Of a stretch of DNA of 64,000 bases, positions 21,094-30,623 are shown piece by piece. The position numbers and the translations under genes are program-made. Below the pieces are notes generated by a model. It did not search any database and was not told the origin of the DNA. It was given only the letters and a program-made list of their open reading frames with translations. Source of the stretch: Polyangiales bacterium (GTDB lineage Bacteria > Myxococcota_A > Polyangia > Polyangiales > JADJQN01); the NCBI GenBank assembly GCA_964202905.1, contig CAXNJO010000003.1, forward strand, positions 64,001-128,000, written 5' to 3'. Position 1 is the first letter of the stretch; each line of letters begins with the position of its first letter.

Positions 21094-22029
21094 ATGAGCG
21101 AGACGAGCTTCCCCACCGACGCGCGGCCCGTCCTCGTCGCGCACGACCTCGGCGCCGGCGGACGCCGCGCCGCCGACCTCGGCGCCGTGTTCGCGCGGGC
21201 CCTCGGCGTACGGCTTCACCTCGTCCACGCGATGGACGCGGCCGCGGACGCCGACTTCGCCGCGGTGCCGGCAGGGTTGTCGCCCTCGGTCGACGTGCTC
21301 CGCGCACGCATCGCGGCGCGGGTCGAGCACGAGCGCGCGGCGCTCACCGCCGAGGCCGCGCGGCTCGGCGCAGCGGGCATCGCCGAGGTGACGACCGAGC
21401 ACCTCGAGGGCCGCCCGTGGGAGGCGGTCGTCGACACGGTCGCGCGCGCCGGGGCCCAGCTCGTCGTCGTCGCCGCGCACGCGGGCGCGCCCGCGCCGCA
21501 CACCGCCGCGGGTGCGCTCGGGCGGTTGCTCGGCAGCACGGCAGAGCGCGTCGTGCGGCACGCCGGGGTCCCGGTCGCCGTCGCGGCGGACGAACCGCCG
21601 CCCGCTGGACTCTGCGCCGGCGCAGCGTGGCTCGTCGGCACCGCGCTCGACACGTCGGCCGGCAGCGCGCCTGGCGCATCTGCCCGCGTCGATCTCGACG
21701 ACACCTCACGCCCACCGCTCGCGACCGCGCTTCGGCTCGCGGCGCGCTTCGGCGGTCGCGTCGTCGCCGTGCACGCGGCGCGACCGGGCGAGCCGGATCA
21801 CACGGCCGACCTCGCGCGCCTCGCAGGCGATGGCGGCGCCGTCGCAGCGCACACGCTCACCGGCCCCGTGGCGGAGGTCTTCGTGAGGGCCGCCGAGTCC
21901 GAAGGCTGCGGCGCACTGGTCCTCGGCGCGCACGAGCACCGCGGCCTGCTCGCGAAGGCGCTCGGACGCGACGCGCTCGGTCCGACCTTCCGGCTCTCGC
22001 GCGTCCCCGTCCTCTGCGTGCCCGCCTGA
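21094..22029 (+). CDS. Tandem-domain universal stress protein
   Basis: VLVAHDL..LLGSTAERVVRHAGVPV; second domain LVLGAHEHRG..PVLCVP. Confidence 0.85.
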   Translation: MSETSFPTDARPVLVAHDLGAGGRRAADLGAVFARALGVRLHLVHAMDAAADADFAAVPAGLSPSVDVLRARIAARVEHERAALTAEAARLGAAGIAEVTTEHLEGRPWEAVVDTVARAGAQLVVVAAHAGAPAPHTAAGALGRLLGSTAERVVRHAGVPVAVAADEPPPAGLCAGAAWLVGTALDTSAGSAPGASARVDLDDTSRPPLATALRLAARFGGRVVAVHAARPGEPDHTADLARLAGDGGAVAAHTLTGPVAEVFVRAAESEGCGALVLGAHEHRGLLAKALGRDALGPTFRLSRVPVLCVPA

Positions 22030-22032
22030 GCG

Positions 22033-22215
22033 ATGGCCGACCTCGAGGCCCACGCGATCCGGCGCGACAAGCGCTTCCTCGTCCGGCTCGGTCTCGGGCT
22101 GCTGCTCGGCCTGCTCGGGGGCGCATGGGTCTTCGGCAAGCTCACGAGCCACGAGACGGGGAGCTGCGCGGCGACGACCTTCGGCGGGGACGAGGCGACT
22201 CCCGCCGGCCCCTGA
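22033..22215 (+). CDS. Small membrane protein
   Basis: Single TM helix; starts 3 bp after the upstream stop. Confidence 0.55.
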   Translation: MADLEAHAIRRDKRFLVRLGLGLLLGLLGGAWVFGKLTSHETGSCAATTFGGDEATPAGP

Positions 22216-22288
22216 GCGCGCTCGACACACGGCCGCCCGGCGCATCTCGGCGCGCGGCGCCGCCGTCCTGCGTGATAGCCTGCGCGCC

Positions 22289-22615
22289 ATGCCGACTCAG
22301 CTCGACCACGAGGACCGCCTCCGTCTGATGAAGTTCGTCTGCTCCTTCGCCTGGGCCGATCTCGAGGTCCGCGACGAAGAGCGTCAGTTCGTGCGCCGGC
22401 TCATGAAGCGGCTCGACTTGAACCCCGCAGAAAAGAAGCAGGTCGAGGCGTGGCTCGAGGTCCCGCCCCCCGCCGAAGAGCTCGACCCCGCGGACGTGCC
22501 GCGGGCGCACCGGCAGCTCTTCGTCGACACCGCGCGCGCGATGATCGCGTCGGACGGCGTCATCGCCGCGAACGAGCGCGAGGCCCTCTCGCTGCTCGAA
22601 ATGCTGCTCAAGTAG
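22289..22615 (+). CDS. TerB-family protein
   Basis: AWADLEVRDEER and MIASDGVIAANEREAL duplicated motifs. Confidence 0.85.
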   Translation: MPTQLDHEDRLRLMKFVCSFAWADLEVRDEERQFVRRLMKRLDLNPAEKKQVEAWLEVPPPAEELDPADVPRAHRQLFVDTARAMIASDGVIAANEREALSLLEMLLK

Positions 22616-22640
22616 TCGCGCGCCCCGCACCCACGACACG

Positions 22641-23408
22641 ATGGCGGGCCCCGCACCCACGAGCGACAAGCTCTACGCTGCGCTCGACGAGCTGCGGCGC
22701 GCGAGCGACCTGTCGCTCCCGCGCCACCACGCGGCGTGGCGTGTCGTGACGGCGTTCCTGCAGCAGATCGATCCGCGCGGAGAGGCGGACGCGCGCCAGG
22801 AGACGCTGGTGAAGGTCCTGCGTCGCATCGGCACCTTCGCCGGCGGCTCGCCCGGCGAGGCCGTCCGCTGGCTGCGCACGGTGCACGCGCACAAAGCGCG
22901 CGATCTGTGGCGCGCAGGGCGGCACGACCCCGTGCGCGCCGCCCTCCTCGACGACAAGCAGCGCGCAGCGGACGAGCCGCCCGCGGTCGATCGCCTCCGC
23001 GCCGAGGACGACGCCGGACCGCACGACGACGCGGCCGCCCTCGAGCAGGCACGCGACGCGCTCTTCACACGCCTCGAGGAGCGCCTCACGGCGACGGCGC
23101 TCGCGTCGACGACCCGCGAGTTGCGTCGGGTGCAGGCGCGCGCGGCCTGGCTGCGCCTCGTGACGACGGCCGACGCGACCGCGATCGAGCAGGCGATCGC
23201 CCCGTCGGCGGCGAACACCCGCGACGCGCTCTACAAGTGGATCGAGCGCGGCCGGACGCAGCTCCTCGAGGTGCTCGACGCATGGCTCGCCGAGCTCGGG
23301 GGCGACGCGGATCCCGACGATCGCCGCGTTCCGCAGACACTCCGCGACATCTTCGGCGAGCGCCGCGCGGACGCGGGCGTGCCTCGACCGGAGCGACGCA
23401 AGGACTGA
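22641..23408 (+). CDS. Divergent ECF-type RNA polymerase sigma factor
   Basis: Region-2-like EADARQETLVKV..F.G..VRWLRTV..KARDLWR; region-4-like DALYKWIERGR. Confidence 0.6.
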   Translation: MAGPAPTSDKLYAALDELRRASDLSLPRHHAAWRVVTAFLQQIDPRGEADARQETLVKVLRRIGTFAGGSPGEAVRWLRTVHAHKARDLWRAGRHDPVRAALLDDKQRAADEPPAVDRLRAEDDAGPHDDAAALEQARDALFTRLEERLTATALASTTRELRRVQARAAWLRLVTTADATAIEQAIAPSAANTRDALYKWIERGRTQLLEVLDAWLAELGGDADPDDRRVPQTLRDIFGERRADAGVPRPERRKD

Positions 23409-23491
23409 CGCAGCGGGCGCGGTGTCAGTCGGCCGGAAACGCCGACGTCTGCGCCCACAGGACAACCCGTCCAGAGACGAGCGCGAACACG

Positions 23492-24554
23492 ATGCCAGCC
23501 CCCCTTCCCCACGCCGAGGCGCTCTCCGCCGCCTGGCAACACGCCGTGAGGCGCGTGACCGACGCAGCCGTACCGCACACGGCGGTACCGCACACCGCTG
23601 CGCCGCACACCGCTGCGCCGCAGACCGCTGCGCCGCACGCCGAGCCAGCCAACGCCGACGCCGCGCGTGTCGAGGCGCCGCTCGAGGCCGCCTGCCTCGC
23701 GATCGTCCTCGAGGTGACGGGCGCGCTCGCCGGCATCCCTGGGCACGAGCGCGCGCTCGTCCGCGACGCCGCCCGGCGCGCGATCCTCACGGCGATGCCG
23801 GCGCCGCGTGGCGCCGCGACCGCACGCACCTCCACCACAGAGCCTCTCGACGCGTCCGCCGCCGCACAAGGCGCGGGGTCCGCGGGCCACACCGGGCGCG
23901 CCCTCGACGACGACGGAACCGACGGCGACCCGAGCGGCCCTCATGACAACGACGAGGGCAACGACGACGACGACGACGAGGCCGACGACGCCCGCCGCAT
24001 CCTCGTGGCGCTCGCGCGGGAGGGCGTGCGTGTCCTCGCAGGCGGCGCGGCCCCGGCGAGCAGCGCTGCGGGCGGGCGCACGGCGCGGTGGAGTGGCATC
24101 CGTCCCCGCAGGGCTCGTCGCGATGATGCGGGGCGGACCAGACCCGGTCGCAGCGGGCGGCGTCGCAGCGCACGTCGTGCGCTGCGCGACCTGCCGTGCC
24201 GCGCTCCAGGTCCTCGCGCACGGCGACGCCACGGTGACCCACCTCCGCGCCGCAGCGGCGAGCGCGCCCGCCATGCTCGCGCCGCAGGCGGGCCGCCTCG
24301 TCGCCGCGCGCGCCGCGCCGGACGCCGAGGCCTTCGTGTTCGAGGGCGACGGCGAGACGCGCCTCGCGGTGTACGTCGGCGCGCCGCTCGCGGTGCGCTA
24401 TCTCGCCGAGGGGGTCACCACCGACGACATGCGGCCGGGCTACTGGGCCGGCCGCTGCGCACCCGGCACGACGCACGTCGACGGCACGCTGCACGTCGGC
24501 GAGGAAGCCAGCGACTGGCCCCTCACGCTGACGGCACGCCCACCCGCGCGCTGA
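23492..24554 (+). CDS. Putative anti-sigma-like protein with HxxxCxxC zinc finger (frameshifts ~24050-24110)
   Basis: ATG 23492; the coding frame switches into ORF 23808-24554, which contains AAHVVRCATCR; directly downstream of the ECF-like gene. Confidence 0.5.
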
Positions 24555-24566
24555 GCGCGCCCGGCC

Positions 24567-25187
24567 TCACGGCGCGTCGCGCGGTTCGCCCGTCGCGAGG
24601 CGTCGGTACCGCGTCGCGCGGCCCATCCCGAGCAGTTTCGCCGCCTGGCCGACGCGCCCGCCGGTCGCGGCGAGTGCCTTGCGGATCGCGTCACGCTCGA
24701 GCTCGCGGAGCGAGTGGACCGGCTCCGGGGCGAGCTCCGCGGGAGACGCCGTCTCGTTCTCGTTCCCCGCCTGGGCCCGCAGCGCGCGGAGCTCCCGCTG
24801 GGTGCCCGCGCACGAGAGCGCGCGCCGCAGCGCGAGCGTGACGATGCGCGGGTCGGCGTCGCGCAGCGTCGTGTCCCACGCGCCGGCCCCGACGGCGGCG
24901 AGCGCGTCTTCGGGGCCCAAGGCATCGACCTCCACGACGGCGACCTCGGGGAGCGCGGTGCGAAGCCGCACGATCTGCGCGATCCCAGCCGCCGGATCAT
25001 CGCCGAGCACCACGCAGGCGACGTCCGCGCCTGCAGCGAGGCGCGCGTCCTCCCCAACGCCGGATGCGACCCCCAGCGAGAGGCTGCGCGCCGCGTCCGA
25101 GAGCGCCGGCGCCCCACCTCACGCGTCTCGGGACGGAGCCCCAGCCGCGCGCGTCCCGACCCCATCGAACACGATGGTCGCCGCCAC
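24567..25187 (-). pseudogene. Degenerate receiver + Fis-type HTH protein, in-frame TGA at 25119-25121
   Basis: SLRELERDAIRKALAATGGRVGQAAKLLGMGRATRYRRL (HTH_8); ALAAVGAGAWD receiver remnant; the same frame continues upstream past a stop to GTG 25187. Confidence 0.55.
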
Positions 25188-25252
25188 GGGGTCGGGATAC
25201 GGCACGCGCGCCGCGATCTCAAGGGGCCGGACGCGCCGCGGCGTGACGACGC

Positions 25253-26728
25253 TCAGCGCAGCCGCAGCGGGAGGGCGCGCAGGGCGGCCCCTGGCGAGAC
25301 GGCCGTCGCTGCGCCGCCCGCGGCCGCGCCGGGCGATCGGATCACCACGCAGCCCGAACCGCCGCCGCCCCCGCCGCCGTTCGCGCCCGAGCGGACGTTC
25401 GTCTGACCGTTCGTCCCCGCGAGGCCCGTCAGCGCGCCCGCGCCGCCGACCGCGTCGAAGTCGCCGCCGCCGCCGGCACCGCCCGCGGAAGGCGGATCGC
25501 CGACGCCATCCGTCCCGTCGTCGGCGGAGACCCCGCCCGCGGCTGCGCCGCCCCCGCCCCCGGCGGCGACCACGAGACGCGCGTCCGTCGCGACCTCGAC
25601 GCGCGACGCCTCGAGGAGGATCGCGCCGCCCGAACCGCCGCCGCCCCCGGAGCCCCAGTTCACGCTGCCATCCGCCACACGGCCACCCGCGCCGCCTCCG
25701 CCTCCGGCGAGGATCGCGCCGCTCACCCGCAGCGTGCCGAGCGCGCTGATCTGCACCGCGCCGCCGCCCGCGCCGCCCTCGCCCGAGAGCACGATGGTGG
25801 ACGACGTCGTCCCGCGACCGCGTCCGCCGCCCGACCCGCCGAGGAGCGGCGAGAGCTCGGTCATCCGTGCCGCGCCGCCCGCGCCGCCCGCTGCCGTGCC
25901 GCCCGCGCCGCCCGCGCCGCCCGCGCCGCAGAACCCGCCGCCGCCGCCGCCGCCGTCGTCGTACGTGTCGACGTGCACCCCGCCGATCCCGGGCGACGCA
26001 CCCGTGCCGTCGATGCGCGAGCCCGCGCCGCCGAATCCGCCACCGGGGCCGGGCGCCGCACCCTCGGCCGAGACGTCGATCGTGCCGGCGATCTCCACGT
26101 CCCCGGACGCGAGCACCACGAGCGGCCGCGCGCCCTCGGCGAAGAGCGTCGCGCCCTCGCGCACGCGGAGATTTCGGACGGCGATCACGCAGAGCTCCGG
26201 GCCACCCGGCTGCGCGACGACGCGCGCGGCGCCCTCGAGCGCATCGCAATCATCCGTGTCGACGAGCTCCGCTTCACCATCTTCCAGGATGACATCCACC
26301 GTGCCGCTCCCGAGCAGGTCGGGCGGCACGTTCGAGGCGCCGGCCTCGGCGCAGCGCGGCAGGCCGCCCGGCGCGCATCCAAGCGCGCACGCCGTGCGCT
26401 CCTCGCGCCCGGAAACGCACGTGATGAGCGCGCCGTCCGCGCAGCGCGGCCCCCCCATGCAGGGCATCCCGGGCCCGAGGTCGGGCCCGCCCGCGTCACG
26501 CGGACCGAGATCGGCGACAGGCCCGCCCCCGTCCCGTACGCCGAGGTCGACGTCGACGATCGGCCCGCCGCCGTCGCGCTCACCGAGATCGAGCTCGACG
26601 ACCGGTCCGCCCGCGTCGCCCCCCGCGATCAGGCCGACGTCGGGGTCGACGATCGCGCTGCAGGCGGCGAGCGAGAAGGCTGCGACACAAAAGAGGAGCG
26701 CGGCGGGAACGAACTGAGGGCGCGACAT
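25253..26728 (-). CDS. Lipoprotein with long glycine-rich (GGxGG) C-terminal domain
   Basis: Lipobox SLAAC; DLGxRDGGGP repeats; GGGGGSGG-rich tail. Confidence 0.75.
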   Translation of the reverse strand: MSRPQFVPAALLFCVAAFSLAACSAIVDPDVGLIAGGDAGGPVVELDLGERDGGGPIVDVDLGVRDGGGPVADLGPRDAGGPDLGPGMPCMGGPRCADGALITCVSGREERTACALGCAPGGLPRCAEAGASNVPPDLLGSGTVDVILEDGEAELVDTDDCDALEGAARVVAQPGGPELCVIAVRNLRVREGATLFAEGARPLVVLASGDVEIAGTIDVSAEGAAPGPGGGFGGAGSRIDGTGASPGIGGVHVDTYDDGGGGGGGFCGAGGAGGAGGTAAGGAGGAARMTELSPLLGGSGGGRGRGTTSSTIVLSGEGGAGGGAVQISALGTLRVSGAILAGGGGGAGGRVADGSVNWGSGGGGGSGGAILLEASRVEVATDARLVVAAGGGGGAAAGGVSADDGTDGVGDPPSAGGAGGGGDFDAVGGAGALTGLAGTNGQTNVRSGANGGGGGGGSGCVVIRSPGAAAGGAATAVSPGAALRALPLRLR

Positions 26729-26841
26729 CGGGGACTCCATGGGACCCGCGAGACTACCGCAGCCGCGTCCGCCCTGCGCGCGGCATGTCGCCTCGCCGTG
26801 CGCGCCGCCCCGCGACGGCGCTCGGCTATGCTGCCGGGGCC

Positions 26842-28665
26842 ATGAAGATCCTCGTCCTCAACGCCGGTTCCACGTCCCTGAAGTACCAGCTCTACGAGAT
26901 GGACACCGAGACGCGCCTCGCGGTCGGGCGCGTCGAGCGCATCGGCACGGACGGCGCGCGGCACACGCACGACGAGCCCGGCCAGCCCCGCCTCGACGCG
27001 CCGTGCGCGGCCCCGGACACGCGCGCGGCGATCGAGCGCGTGCTCGCGCTGCTCGTGCGCGACGGCGGACCGCTCACGCGCCTCGCCGATCTGGGCGCCG
27101 TCGGCCACCGCGTCGTGCACGGCGGCGAGCGCCTCGTGCGCCCAGTGGTCATCGACGACGAGGTGCGCCGCATCATCGCGGAGTGCGCGGAGTACGCGCC
27201 GCTGCACAACCCGCCCGCGCTCGCGGGTCTCGACGCCGCCGCGGCCGCGCTGCCGGGCGTGCCGCAGGTCGCCGTGTTCGACACCGCGTTTCACGGCGAC
27301 CTGCCGCCGCACGCCTTCGCGTACGCCCTTCCCCACGCGCTCTACCTCGAGCGCGGCGTGCGCCGCTACGGCTTCCACGGTCCGAGCCACCAGTACATGT
27401 CGCTCGTCGCCGCCGAGCACCTGCGCACCGATCTCGCGCGGCTGAAACTCATCACGTGCCACCTCGGCGGCGGCTCGAGCGTGACGGCGATCGACGGCGG
27501 GCGCTCGGTCGACACCTCGATGGGCATGACGCCGCTCGAAGGCCTCGCGATGGGCACGCGCTCGGGCGATCTCGATCCCGCAATCCTGTTGCTCCTGCAA
27601 CGCCGTGGCATGAGCCTCGAAACGCTCGACACCTTGCTCCACAAACAATCCGGCCTCGCGGGGCTGAGCGGCATCCCGGGCGGCGACTACCGCGACGTCG
27701 AGCGCGCCGCGGCGTCCGGCGACACCCGCGCGCGCCTCGCGCTCGACGTCTTCGCGCACCGGCTGCGCAAGTACATCGGCGCCTACGCCGCCACGCTCGG
27801 CGGCGTCGACGCCGTCGTGTTCACGGGCGGCATCGGCGAAAACAGCGCGAGCCTGCGCGCATCCGTGTGCGAAGGGCTGCTCTTCATGGGCATCGCGCTC
27901 GACCCGGAGGCCAACGCCTCCGCGGCCCCCGCGACGCACGGCGGCGTCGTCGACGTCGCCGCCCCGCGTGCCCCGACGCGCGTGCTGGTCGTCGCGACCG
28001 ACGAGGAAAAAATGATCGCGCGCGAGGCCGTGCGCTGCCTGCGCGGTCCGACGGCCGCGGTGCGCAGCGTCCACGCCAGGCCCATCCCGGTGGGCGTGAG
28101 CGTTCGACACGTGCACCTCTCGCGCGCCGACTGCAACGCGCTCTTCGGCCCCGGCTACGCGCTTACGCTGCGCCGCGAGGTCACGCAGAAGGGGCAGTAC
28201 GTCACGCGCGAGACGGTCGACCTCATCGGCCCGAAGGGCGAGCTGCGCGGCGTCGCGATCATCAACCCGCTGCGCAGCGCGACGCAGGTCGAGATCGCGA
28301 AGACCGACGCCTACGCGCTCGGCGTGCAGCCGCCGATCCGCGAGAGCGGCCAGCTCGAGGGCACGCCCGGCCTGCGCCTGCGCGGCCCGGCGGGCGAGGT
28401 GACGCTCACGCAGGGCGTCATCCTCGCGCTGCGCCACGTGCACATGAACCCCGGCGATGCCGCACGCTTCGGCGTCGGCGACAAGGACGTCATCGCGGTG
28501 CGGGTCGAGGGCGATCGCGAGATGACGATGGGCGACGTGCTCGTGCGCGTGCGCGAGGACTTCGTCCTCGATCTGCACATCGACACCGACGAGGCCAACG
28601 CGGCCGCACTCGGCAACGACAGCGTCGTCGCCTTCGAGCGCGTCCAGCAGCGCAGCGACGCCTGA
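26842..28665 (+). CDS. ackA: Acetate/propionate kinase fused to a PduL-type phosphate acyltransferase
   Basis: MKILVLNAGSTSLK, GHRVVHGG, APLHNP, YGFHG, TPLEGL, FTGGIGEN, TDEE; then PduL motifs GVSVRHVHLS, TQVEI..TD, RHVHM, HIDTDEANA. Confidence 0.93.
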   Translation: MKILVLNAGSTSLKYQLYEMDTETRLAVGRVERIGTDGARHTHDEPGQPRLDAPCAAPDTRAAIERVLALLVRDGGPLTRLADLGAVGHRVVHGGERLVRPVVIDDEVRRIIAECAEYAPLHNPPALAGLDAAAAALPGVPQVAVFDTAFHGDLPPHAFAYALPHALYLERGVRRYGFHGPSHQYMSLVAAEHLRTDLARLKLITCHLGGGSSVTAIDGGRSVDTSMGMTPLEGLAMGTRSGDLDPAILLLLQRRGMSLETLDTLLHKQSGLAGLSGIPGGDYRDVERAAASGDTRARLALDVFAHRLRKYIGAYAATLGGVDAVVFTGGIGENSASLRASVCEGLLFMGIALDPEANASAAPATHGGVVDVAAPRAPTRVLVVATDEEKMIAREAVRCLRGPTAAVRSVHARPIPVGVSVRHVHLSRADCNALFGPGYALTLRREVTQKGQYVTRETVDLIGPKGELRGVAIINPLRSATQVEIAKTDAYALGVQPPIRESGQLEGTPGLRLRGPAGEVTLTQGVILALRHVHMNPGDAARFGVGDKDVIAVRVEGDREMTMGDVLVRVREDFVLDLHIDTDEANAAALGNDSVVAFERVQQRSDA

Positions 28666-28699
28666 GGCGCCGCCCACACGCCCCGGCGGAGACGCGCGC

Positions 28700-29233
28700 T
28701 CAGCGGCGGGCGCGACGGCGCGCGACGCCGGCGAGCACCGCAGCGAGGCCGACGAGCGCGAGGCCCGAGGCGCGCGCTGCGCCCGGCGCGGCGACGGCGC
28801 ACGAGACCTCGGCCGCCGCCTCCTCCGCGCTCACGGACGTCGCGGGCGACGTCTCCGGCGGTCGCGCGGGCCCCGGTGCCGGTGCAGGCTCCGGAGACGG
28901 TGCGGGCGCGGGCCCGGGTGAGGTCCCCGGCGCAGGCACGGTCGGATCGGTCGCGATGCGGTTCTCGCACCAGACCTCCGTCCACGACGATGCCCCGGAC
29001 GTCCTGCAACGCCGTCGCAACTGCGTGGACGCGAAGCGCGTCGCGCACGCATTGGCGTCCTGATAGCCCGCGCGACACGCCTCGCAGCGCGCGCCATTCG
29101 TCTGCTGCTGCTCGACGGTGCAGGTCTCGACGTAGCCGGGCGGAGGCGGGACGTCGGCGTCCGCGGGGCGTGCGACGACGAGCGGTGCAGCGACGAGCGA
29201 GGCGAGCACGGCGAACAGGCGGAGACGCGTCAT
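28700..29233 (-). CDS. Small secreted Cys-containing protein with MYXO-CTERM-like tail
   Basis: Signal peptide; Pro linker; SCAVAAPG + TM + RRRARR. Confidence 0.75.
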   Translation of the reverse strand: MTRLRLFAVLASLVAAPLVVARPADADVPPPPGYVETCTVEQQQTNGARCEACRAGYQDANACATRFASTQLRRRCRTSGASSWTEVWCENRIATDPTVPAPGTSPGPAPAPSPEPAPAPGPARPPETSPATSVSAEEAAAEVSCAVAAPGAARASGLALVGLAAVLAGVARRRARR

Positions 29234-29330
29234 GCGCGCATCCTCACCGCAGCCGGGTCCGCGGCACAAGCGCGATCGACGGACTTGCCCCCCCCCGCCG
29301 GTGCGCCGACGCGCGCCCATCGAACATCGT

Positions 29331-30552
29331 TCAATAGACCGCGACCCCGAACGTGCCCTCGCCGACGACCACGTCCTCGCGTGCGTCGCGCACCCACGAG
29401 GCGCCGCCGCGCAGCGTGAGCGCGAGCCGCGTCGTCACCGCGAGCTGCGCGAGCAGCCCGCCGCCCGCGGCGAGGCCCCAGTCGTCTCCGCGCTGCGCCG
29501 GGGACGCGCCGCCGACGCGGCCGTAGACCCCGAGCTCGAGCAGCCCGAAAGCGAGCGGCAGCGCCTGCACCTCGCCGGAGAGCTGCGCGTTGACGATGTC
29601 CTTCCCGTCCGCGTCGCCCACACCGAGCTGCACGTCGAAGAGCAGCCCGAGCCCGTGGAGCGGGAACGCACCGAGCTGAATGTGCGACGCGAACGCGGGG
29701 CCGAGCGCGCCCCGCGGACCGCGCAACGTCGCGAGGCCGACCTCCATCCCGTACACGAGCCCGACGCGGTCGAGCGGCGCGCGCCCGAGCCGCAGGAAGG
29801 GCCCCTCGTCCTCGGACACGAGGAGCTCGTCCGAAGCCTCGACCGTCGCGGCGTCGAGCTGCGCGAGCGGCACGACGGTCGCGCTGCCGTCCTGCCCGAG
29901 GACGTGGACGGGATGCATCGGGTGGAGCTGCGCCCAGCCGTCGTAACGCGCGCCCTCGGTGCCCGCGAGCACGAGCGCGACCGCCGACGCTCGCGGCGAT
30001 GAGCAGCACGACGGCGAGGCCATCGTCGCCACCGCCTCCGCCGCCGCCCTCGCACCGCCGGTGCCGCCCGACGCCGCCGCCCGAGCCGCCGCCGAGCCGC
30101 GCCCGTCGCAGCCGACCGTTGCCCCACCGCGCGCCGGCTGCACGCGCGACCGGGCCCGCCGCCGCGGCGCGGGCTGCACGCGCGACGGCCCCCCCGCCGC
30201 CTGCTGGCTGCACCGCGACCGTCCCTCCGCCACCGCCGCTCGACACGCCCACGCTGCGCGCCCCGCACGGCCCGCCCGCGCTGCCGACGCACCCGCCGCC
30301 GCCCCCGACGCCCACGGAGATCTGCCCCTGTGGAACGAACACCACCTGGGTCGCCGCATTCACCGGCGGCGCGCTCACCGGCTCGTCCGCGAAGATGCGC
30401 TGCACCACGCGCACGTCCGCGCCGCGCTGCTCGGGCGGCTGCTGCACGAGCGCGCGCGCCGCATCCCGCGGAATCACATAGCTGTTCGCAAGACAGCCGG
30501 GCAGCAGCGCGGCGAGCAGCAGCGCGAGGACCTTGTGCGCGAAGGAAGGCAT
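29331..30552 (-). CDS. Lipoprotein with Gly-rich linker and C-terminal beta-barrel-like domain (frameshift ~29990, probably more in the linker)
   Basis: Lipobox LLPGC; the C-terminal half lies in ORF 29331-30359 and ends in amphipathic strands, FGVAVY. Confidence 0.6.
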
Positions 30553-30623
30553 CGCGCGAGTGTGTGGCGACGCGCCGTGCCCGGGCAAGACGCGCCTCCC
30601 ATTTCCCGCGGGGAAACGGATAC

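Noticed and set aside
25119..25121. In-frame TGA as selenocysteine or programmed readthrough
   Set aside because: No redox motif context and no recognisable SECIS; error or decay is simpler.
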